Shown here: positions 18,071 to 24,230 of the stretch, piece after piece
How positions within the stretch are numbered: position 1 is the stretch's first letter
Layout of the letters: each line of letters opens with the position of its first letter
Assembly (NCBI GenBank): GCA_034435055.1
Contig: DAOTXS010000097.1
Location: forward strand, 66,864 to 130,863
Direction of reading: 5' to 3'
DNA length: 64,000 bases
Source: Anaerolineae bacterium
Lineage (GTDB): Bacteria > Chloroflexota > Anaerolineae > UBA4142
Translations under genes and position numbers: made by a program
Notes under the pieces: generated by a model
Database searches by the model: none
What the model was told of the DNA's origin: nothing
The model's input: only the letters and a program-made list of their open reading frames with translations

Positions 18071-18098
18071 CGAGGACGGCGATTGCCGTCCTCGTTTT
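18071..18098 (+). terminator. Rho-independent terminator
   Basis: Perfect 10-bp stem CGAGGACGGC gatt GCCGTCCTCG followed by TTTT, 5 nt after the PIG-L stop. Confidence 0.8.
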
Positions 18099-18101
18099 AT
18101 T

Positions 18102-18223
18102 CACTCACCTTACGCAATACAGATTGATTTTACCGCAGAGCACGCGGAGAACGCCGAGATTTTCCAATGTTTTTCTCTGCGAACTTTGCGTTCTCAGCGG
18201 TGAAATTGCGTAACATCAGTTAT
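18102..18223 (+). mobile_element. ~122-bp palindromic MITE-like repeat, copy 1 (TTACGCAA...TTGCGTAA termini)
   Basis: cactcaccTTACGCAAtac...ttttctctgcgaactttgcgttctcagcggtgaaaTTGCGTAAcatcagtta. The reverse complement of 29172-29293 matches it, including an identical 45-nt core. The element is internally self-complementary. Confidence 0.8.
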
Positions 18224-19084
18224 TCATACAAACAATGGTTCCAATTGCGCCGCGTTTTCGATCATCACTTTTTGTTCGGCGGGCGTCATTGGCGTGAAAT
18301 GTTCGCACGCATCAAGAAATAGTGGTAGCACGTTGACATCGCCGACGGTACACAGCCCGGTGATGTCTTGCGATAACGCAAAGTTTACCGCGCGTTGAAT
18401 GTTCGTGGCGTCGGTGAATGGCTCGTACCACGTTGTGTGTGTTCTGTCGCGTTCGCCCCAAGGTCCTTTGGTAACTGCTTTGATCGCCATTACGCCCACA
18501 TCGCGCGCGCGGCATTCGCGCAGTAATGTTTCCGCGTCGCGGCGGTAATCCGGCTGACTAAAAAGTTTCGCATTGATCGGAAACAGTACCGTGTCGAAAT
18601 CGAACCGACGTAACGCTTCCAGAAAGACACTTGGCGCGAACAAGCCGTGCCCGGTGATGCCGATGAATTTCGTCAATCCTTCGGCGCGCGCATGAATTAC
18701 CGCTTCCAACGCGCCGCCCGGCGCGGTTGCTTTGTCCAACTCATCGATCGTGTTGACGGCGTGGAGTTGATACAGATCGAAATTATCGACCTGCATTTTT
18801 CCCAGCGAGCGACGGAATTCCGCCGCCGCGCCGTCTTTCGTTCGTTCGGTTGTTTTGCAACCGAGAAAAAACCGTTGGCGTTCGCGCGCGAGCCATGGTG
18901 CGAGGCGTAGCTCTGCCATGCCATTGCTGTACGACGGCGCAATGTCGATATGATTCACGCCTGCGGCAATCGCGCGCGCGATTGCGGTATCATCGATGGC
19001 TTGATCGAACTTGCCCAGCGCCGCGCCGCCCAAAATTGCCACCGTGCTGAAATGCCCAGTTCGTCCAAAGCGTCGTTTTTCCAT
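18224..19084 (-). CDS. Aldo/keto reductase family oxidoreductase
   Basis: 286 aa. It begins 'RRFGRTGHFSTVAILGGAALG' and contains 'DNFDLYQLHAV', a typical AKR layout. Confidence 0.85.
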   Translation of the reverse strand: MEKRRFGRTGHFSTVAILGGAALGKFDQAIDDTAIARAIAAGVNHIDIAPSYSNGMAELRLAPWLARERQRFFLGCKTTERTKDGAAAEFRRSLGKMQVDNFDLYQLHAVNTIDELDKATAPGGALEAVIHARAEGLTKFIGITGHGLFAPSVFLEALRRFDFDTVLFPINAKLFSQPDYRRDAETLLRECRARDVGVMAIKAVTKGPWGERDRTHTTWYEPFTDATNIQRAVNFALSQDITGLCTVGDVNVLPLFLDACEHFTPMTPAEQKVMIENAAQLEPLFV

Positions 19085-19112
19085 ATTGACCTCAAGATGA
19101 TACGTTTGTCTC

Positions 19113-19141
19113 TTGAAATGACCCGTTTATCACTTTATTCT
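19113..19141 (+). promoter_or_regulatory. Candidate promoter of the hydrogenase operon (TTGAAA-17-TATTCT)
   Basis: Hexamers at 19113-19118 and 19136-19141 in the AT-rich divergent intergenic region. Confidence 0.35.
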
Positions 19142-19231
19142 ATATTAATCTAATGTTAAAATTTATGCAAGCCCAATGACATTTTCCGAGTGCTGATGAT
19201 GGCGCAAGGAACAAGCAAGGGGTGATGAAAT

Positions 19232-19274
19232 GCCTCTGGCGTTTATTCGACGCGCCCGAGGCGTTTGTTTTTTA
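19232..19274 (+). promoter_or_regulatory. Terminator-like hairpin plus T-tract inside the hydrogenase 5' leader (possible attenuator)
   Basis: GCCTCTGGCG tttattcgacg CGCCCGAGGC (10-bp stem, 1 mismatch) is followed by gtttgtttttt. There is no upstream plus-strand gene to terminate. It lies ~90 nt before the small-subunit ATG. Confidence 0.45.
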
Positions 19275-19360
19275 TCGCACCAGCCAAGGAGGTGAATCTA
19301 GCAAAGTATAACGAATCAACTTTACGCGGCAATGGTTCCTCTGATGAAAGGAGTCGGTCT

Positions 19361-20488
19361 ATGAATGACTTGCCCCAGGAGTGGGAAAAAGTTCTCGATC
19401 GCAAAGGGGTTACGCGGCGAGATTTCCTCAAATTCTGTTCGCTGATGGCGGCGACGCTGGTTCTTCCTCCGCGTTACATTGAGCAGATCGCCAAGGCGTT
19501 GGTGACGGTGCCACGTCCGCCGCTGGTGTGGTTGGAATTCCAAGATTGTGCCGGCAACACCGAAGCACTCCTCCGCGTCAGCCGTCCCTCGATTGGTGAA
19601 CTCGTCCTCGACACGCTCTCGGTAGATTATCACGAAACGATTATGGCGCCCGCCGGCAAAGCCGCCGAAAAATCATTGCAAGACACGATTGCCAAGAACA
19701 AGGGCAAATACATCACCGTCGTAGAAGGTTCGATTCCCACGAAAGATGGCGGCATCTATTGCACAATTGGCGGACACACCGCGCTCGACATTGCGCGCCA
19801 AGTGTGCGGCAATGCCGCGGCGACAATCGCCGTCGGCGCGTGCGCGTTTGATGGCGGTTGGCCCTCTGCCTCGCCTAACCCGACCGGCGCGGTCGGCGTC
19901 AAAGATGCCGTCCCCGGCATCAAGTTGATCAACCTCCCTGGTTGCCCCGTCAACGCGGCAAACATTACCGCGACTATCGTCCACTATTTGACCTTTGGTG
20001 AATTGCCCGCCGCCGATCAACTGGGACGTCCTCTCTTTGCGTACGGTAAACGCATCCACGATAACTGCGAACGTCGTGCCCATTTCGATGCCGGTCAGTT
20101 CGTCGAAGAGTGGGGCGATGAACATCATCGGCAGGGGTGGTGTCTCTACAAGATGGGGTGCAAAGGTCCGGCCACCTATCACAACTGTCCCGTCGTTCGC
20201 TACAACGATGGCGTGAGTTGGCCCATCGGTTCGGGACACGGTTGCGTCGGCTGTAGCGAACCCAGTTTTTGGGACACGATGTCACCGTTCTATCGGCGCC
20301 TGCCCAACGTGGAGGGCTTGGGGGTCGAAGTGCAAGCCGATCAACTGGGCTTGGGGATCGTCGGTGGTGTGGCGGCGGCGTTTGCGGCGCACGGCGTCTT
20401 GAGCGCGATTCGCGCGCGGCAACAACCCATCGCGCGGCATGGTGAGGAAACCGTCAACGCTCAAGCCGATGAAGGAAAGCGAGGTTAA
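19361..20488 (+). CDS. hupS: [NiFe] uptake hydrogenase small subunit (group 1, Tat-exported, C-terminal TM anchor)
   Basis: It has the Tat motif 'TRRDFLKF' and conserved blocks LDTLSVDYHETIMAPAG, VGACAFDGG, LPGCPVN, HDNCERRAHFDAG, GWCLYKMGCKGP and GHGCVGCSEP. A C-terminal hydrophobic helix is present. The RBS aaaggag sits 7 nt upstream of ATG 19361. Confidence 0.95.
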   Translation: MNDLPQEWEKVLDRKGVTRRDFLKFCSLMAATLVLPPRYIEQIAKALVTVPRPPLVWLEFQDCAGNTEALLRVSRPSIGELVLDTLSVDYHETIMAPAGKAAEKSLQDTIAKNKGKYITVVEGSIPTKDGGIYCTIGGHTALDIARQVCGNAAATIAVGACAFDGGWPSASPNPTGAVGVKDAVPGIKLINLPGCPVNAANITATIVHYLTFGELPAADQLGRPLFAYGKRIHDNCERRAHFDAGQFVEEWGDEHHRQGWCLYKMGCKGPATYHNCPVVRYNDGVSWPIGSGHGCVGCSEPSFWDTMSPFYRRLPNVEGLGVEVQADQLGLGIVGGVAAAFAAHGVLSAIRARQQPIARHGEETVNAQADEGKRG

Positions 20489-20490
20489 CG

Positions 20491-22197
20491 ATGGCAAAGA
20501 TTGCAATTGACCCCATCACGCGCATCGAAGGCCATTTGCGCATCGAAGTTCAGGTGGACGGCGGCAAGGTTACCGATGCGTGGAGTTCCAGCACGATGTT
20601 TCGTGGGATGGAAATCATCCTCAAGGGACGCGATCCGCGCGATGCCTGGGTCTTTACGCAACGCATCTGCGGCGTCTGCACAACCGTTCACGCGGCAACC
20701 TCGGTGCGCGCGGTGGAAAACGCGCTCGGCATTACGATTCCGCTCAACGCGCAGATCATTCGTAATATCATCGAAGGCAGCCAGTTTGTCCAGGATCACG
20801 TCATCCACTTTTATCACCTCCACGCGCTCGATTGGGTGGACATTGTGAGCGCGCTCAAAGCCGATCCTGCCGCCACGGCAAAACTCGCGCAATCCATTTC
20901 GGATTGGCCCAACTCGTCCGAGGCGTACTTCAAGGGTGTGCAAAACAAAGTCAAAGCGTTTGTCGAATCGGGGCAACTGGGTCCCTTTGCGAACGCGTAC
21001 TGGGGACACCCCGCCTACAAGTTGCCGCCCGAAGCAAACCTGATGGCGGTCGCGCACTATCTTGAAGCGCTCGATTGGCAACGCGAGATTATTCGTATCC
21101 ACGCCCTGCTCGGCGCCAAGAATCCGCATCTGCAGACGTATCTGGTCGGCGGGATGTCCATTCCGATTGATCCCAACAGTCAGAATGCCATCAACGCGGA
21201 CAAGATCGCGCTGATGAAAAAGTGGCTGGCGCAAGCGCGTCAGTTCGTCGAAAAAGTGTACATACCCGATCTGCTCGCCGTCGCGCCGTTCTACAAGGAC
21301 TGGGCGGGTTATGGCGCCGGGCTGGGCAACTTTCTGGCGTACGGTGAGTTTCCGCAAGCCGCTGACAACTCGCAACTCTTTTTGCCGCGCGGCGTCATCC
21401 TCAACAAAGACCTGAGCAAGGTCCTGCCGATGGATCACCAAAAAGTTGCCGAGTATGTCACGCATTCGTGGTACGAGTACGGCGCCGGCGATGCCAAGTC
21501 ACTGCATCCTTGGGAGGGAGAAACCAATCCCAAGTACACGGGACCCCAACCGCCGTTCGAGGCGATGGTCGGCGACGGTGCCAAGTATTCCTGGCTCAAA
21601 GCGCCGCGCTACGACGGCAACGCGATGGAAGTGGGACCGCTGGCGCGGATGCTCGTGGCGTATGCGTCGGGGGTCAAGCCGGTGGTGGACACGGTCAATC
21701 TCGTTTTGAAAACGCTCGGCGTCGGACCCGAAGCGCTCTTCTCGACCCTTGGTCGCACCGCCGCACGCGGCATCGAAACGCTTGTCCTCGCGCAGCAACT
21801 GGAGGGCTGGGTGGATCAACTCGCGGCAAACATCAAGCGCGGCGATCTCAAAGTGCACAACGGCGAGAAATGGGATCCATCGAAATGGCCCGCGGAAGCC
21901 AAGGGCTGGGGATTCTTGGAAGCGCCGCGCGGCGCGCTGGGGCACTGGGTACGCATCAAAAACGGCGCCATCGAAAACTATCAATGCGTCGTTCCGTCCA
22001 CGTGGAACGGCTCCCCGCGCGATGCGAGTGGCAAGCGCGGTGCGTGGGAACAAGCGCTCATCGGTACGCCGGTCGCTAATCCCGAACAACCCATCGAAAT
22101 CTTGCGCACCGTCCACTCGTTCGATCCGTGTATGGCGTGTGCCGTCCATGTGGTTGATCCGAACGGGCGTGAGATGATGAGCGTCAAGGTCAAGTGA
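20491..22197 (+). CDS. hupL: [NiFe] uptake hydrogenase large subunit (group 1)
   Basis: The N-terminal motif is 'RIEGHLRIEV...QRICGVCTTVH'. The C-terminal motif is 'DPCMACAVH' followed by a 15-aa extension that the maturation protease removes. Confidence 0.97.
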   Translation: MAKIAIDPITRIEGHLRIEVQVDGGKVTDAWSSSTMFRGMEIILKGRDPRDAWVFTQRICGVCTTVHAATSVRAVENALGITIPLNAQIIRNIIEGSQFVQDHVIHFYHLHALDWVDIVSALKADPAATAKLAQSISDWPNSSEAYFKGVQNKVKAFVESGQLGPFANAYWGHPAYKLPPEANLMAVAHYLEALDWQREIIRIHALLGAKNPHLQTYLVGGMSIPIDPNSQNAINADKIALMKKWLAQARQFVEKVYIPDLLAVAPFYKDWAGYGAGLGNFLAYGEFPQAADNSQLFLPRGVILNKDLSKVLPMDHQKVAEYVTHSWYEYGAGDAKSLHPWEGETNPKYTGPQPPFEAMVGDGAKYSWLKAPRYDGNAMEVGPLARMLVAYASGVKPVVDTVNLVLKTLGVGPEALFSTLGRTAARGIETLVLAQQLEGWVDQLAANIKRGDLKVHNGEKWDPSKWPAEAKGWGFLEAPRGALGHWVRIKNGAIENYQCVVPSTWNGSPRDASGKRGAWEQALIGTPVANPEQPIEILRTVHSFDPCMACAVHVVDPNGREMMSVKVK

Positions 22198-22210
22198 AGC
22201 GGAGGCGACT

Positions 22211-22897
22211 ATGCTCAGGAGATTATATGTTTGGGAAATTCCAGTCCGCCTGACGCACTGGGTCAACGTTTTGTCTATCGTCGTCTTGTCCGTTACCGGC
22301 TATTACATCGGCAACCCGTGGATTCTGGTGAGTAATCGTGAATGGTACGGGCCCTTTTTTATGGGGAATGTGCGTTTTATCCATTTTACCTTTGCGTTCA
22401 TTTTCGTTGCCAGTCTGGCACTCCGCACCTACTGGGCGTTCGTCGGCAACGAGTGGGCAAGTTGGCGCAACCTGTTTCCATTTCTCACCGCGGATGGACG
22501 CAAAGCGTTACTCGACGCGCTCAAGTACTATGCTTTCCTCCGGCGTGAGCCGCCCGAAGTAATTGGACACAATGCGCTCGCGGGACTGACGTACGCGGCG
22601 ATTGTAACTCTGTACTTTGTCCAAGTGTTCACTGGGTTTGCGCTCTTGGGCGAGACCAATCCGCAAGGGATTTGGTACCAACTGACCGGTTGGGTCTTTG
22701 GAATTTTCCCCAACCAAACTTTGCGGCTGGTGCATCACCTAATCATGTGGTTACTCATCGCGTTTGCATTGCATCATGTGTACAGCGCGTTCCTCGTGGA
22801 CTCGGAAGAAGGAAATGGACTGTTATCGTCCATCTTCAGCGGGTTCAAGTTCATTCACGCGGAACTGCTCAAAAAAGTGAATGGGAACCAAACTTAA
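22211..22897 (+). CDS. hupC: Ni/Fe-hydrogenase b-type cytochrome subunit
   Basis: 228 aa with 4 TM helices. The N-terminus 'YVWEIPVRLTHWVNVLSIVVLSVTGYYIG' is typical of HyaC/HupC. Confidence 0.9.
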   Translation: MLRRLYVWEIPVRLTHWVNVLSIVVLSVTGYYIGNPWILVSNREWYGPFFMGNVRFIHFTFAFIFVASLALRTYWAFVGNEWASWRNLFPFLTADGRKALLDALKYYAFLRREPPEVIGHNALAGLTYAAIVTLYFVQVFTGFALLGETNPQGIWYQLTGWVFGIFPNQTLRLVHHLIMWLLIAFALHHVYSAFLVDSEEGNGLLSSIFSGFKFIHAELLKKVNGNQT

Positions 22898-22899
22898 CC

Positions 22900-22930
22900 G
22901 GCGGAGGGTAGCACGATTTTACCCTCCGCC
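22900..22930 (+). promoter_or_regulatory. Intercistronic perfect 10-bp hairpin (no U-tract) between hupC and the maturation genes
   Basis: GGCGGAGGGT agcacgatttt ACCCTCCGCC, immediately after the hupC stop. Confidence 0.6.
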
Positions 22931-22941
22931 TCATCTTGGCA

Positions 22942-23418
22942 ATGGAAATACTTGTGCTGGGTTTGGGGAACATTCTTTTGCACGATGAAGGCATCGGCGT
23001 GCGCGTGATCGAACAGTTGCGCACGCGCTATACTTTTCCGGACGATGTGATTGTGATGGACGGCGGTACGTTGGGTCTCGATCTCTTGGCGTACATCGAA
23101 GAAGCGTCGCACCTTGTCATTGTGGACGCGGTCAATGCCGGCAAGGAACCCGGGACGCTGGTGCGTCTGGTGAACGACGAAATCCCGGCATTCCTAGGTC
23201 CCAAAGTCTCGCCGCATCAAGTTGGCTTGCAAGATTTGCTCGCGCTTGCCAGACTGCGCGGACATTTTCCGGCGGAGGTGGTTCTGTGGGGCGTGCAAAT
23301 CGAACAGCTTGAACCGGGTCTCACACTCTCGTCGAAGGTCGCTGCCCAAATTGATCCCCTCTGCCTTCGCGTGGTCGAAGAATTGGCGCGCTGGAATATC
23401 GTTGTGAAGCAAAAATGA
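22942..23418 (+). CDS. hupD: Hydrogenase maturation endopeptidase (HyaD/HybD/HupD family)
   Basis: It begins 'EILVLGLGNILLHDEGIGVRV' and contains 'VIVDAV' and 'SPHQVGL', which are signatures of this family. Confidence 0.92.
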   Translation: MEILVLGLGNILLHDEGIGVRVIEQLRTRYTFPDDVIVMDGGTLGLDLLAYIEEASHLVIVDAVNAGKEPGTLVRLVNDEIPAFLGPKVSPHQVGLQDLLALARLRGHFPAEVVLWGVQIEQLEPGLTLSSKVAAQIDPLCLRVVEELARWNIVVKQK

Positions 23419-23843
23419 AACGCTTGGGTTTTTGGCTCATCACCGCTCTCATCATCCTTGGCGCATATCTGACCTTGCCGCGTGATTCTGAATCACTTCC
23501 TCAAGAATACGCTACCATCAACGTGCCGAACGATATCCTCGATTCGCCCGACGCCATCACGCGCGGACGCGAGATTTTTCTTTCCAACTGCGTGCCGTGT
23601 CACGGTCTTGCCGGGAATGGTCAAGGCACCATCAAGCCAACCTTCGGTCCGTCGCCAGCCGATTTTACGGATCGCGCGCGCCGGCAAAGGCGGTCGCCGC
23701 AATATCTCTTTTGGCGCGTGAGCGAAGGAGGTCAAGTCGAACCATTTCGTTCGCAAGGTTCGATTATGCCCGCGTGGAAATTTCGCTTGAGTGAACCGCA
23801 ACGCTGGCAAGTCGTCGCCTATCTTCGCACACTTGCACCGTAA
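23415..23843 (+). CDS. Membrane-anchored class I c-type cytochrome (monohaem)
   Basis: It has an N-terminal TM helix, the single haem motif 'CVPCHG', and a distal Met context 'GSIMPAW'. It forms an ATGA overlap with the hupD stop. Confidence 0.8.
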   Translation: MKRLGFWLITALIILGAYLTLPRDSESLPQEYATINVPNDILDSPDAITRGREIFLSNCVPCHGLAGNGQGTIKPTFGPSPADFTDRARRQRRSPQYLFWRVSEGGQVEPFRSQGSIMPAWKFRLSEPQRWQVVAYLRTLAP

Positions 23844-23888
23844 CACCACCCACGCTATAATGGGATGAATCCTCTTTGCGGAAAAAAT

Positions 23889-24230
23889 ATGCATGAATTA
23901 GGCATCGCTCAGGATATTTTCAAAATTGCAAGCGAGTATGCAGCCAAGCATAACGCGCAGCGTATTACTGCCTTTAACATCGAAATCAGTGCGGCAATGG
24001 ACGAAAGCGAAGAGGCGTTGCGTTTTCATATCGAGAATCTGGCACACGGCACGCTTGCCGAAGGCGCGACCATTGAAATTGCGCGTGTGCCCGCGCACCT
24101 CGTCTGTCTCGATTGCGGCAACGAGTTTGAACTGCGTGATGAGAATGTTGTCTGTCCGCATTGTGCGAGTGTACGCGTGCGTGCGCATTCGCACGACGAT
24201 TTCAAACTGACCAGCATCGAGATCGAGTAA
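23889..24230 (+). CDS. hypA: Hydrogenase nickel insertion protein HypA
   Basis: It has the N-terminal 'MHE' Ni-binding motif and the Zn site 'CLDCGNEF...CPHCAS'. Confidence 0.93.
   Translation: MHELGIAQDIFKIASEYAAKHNAQRITAFNIEISAAMDESEEALRFHIENLAHGTLAEGATIEIARVPAHLVCLDCGNEFELRDENVVCPHCASVRVRAHSHDDFKLTSIEIE

Noticed and set aside
19286-19294. Strong Shine-Dalgarno-like AAGGAGGTG upstream of hupS, as evidence for an earlier hupS start (the track start is 19265).
   Set aside because: There is no ATG/GTG/TTG at a suitable spacing, and the in-frame upstream residues precede the Tat motif by an implausibly long, non-conserved stretch. ATG 19361 has its own RBS. The element is mentioned only as part of the leader finding.
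20485-21465. Long antisense ORFs inside well-supported genes. This one is 326 aa. Others are 21499..22266, 26674..27456, 28020..28961, 46271..46963, 57567..58793 and 6540..7553.
   Set aside because: They lie opposite genes with unmistakable family motifs (hupL, hypD/E, fdhD, alaS, the 1563-aa protein). They are Arg/His-rich, as is typical of shadow frames in GC-rich DNA.
22120-22150. I checked whether the hydrogenase could be a [NiFeSe] enzyme with an in-frame TGA (selenocysteine).
   Set aside because: The C-terminal motif reads DPCMACAVH with ordinary Cys codons. There is no in-frame TGA, so it is a standard [NiFe] enzyme.
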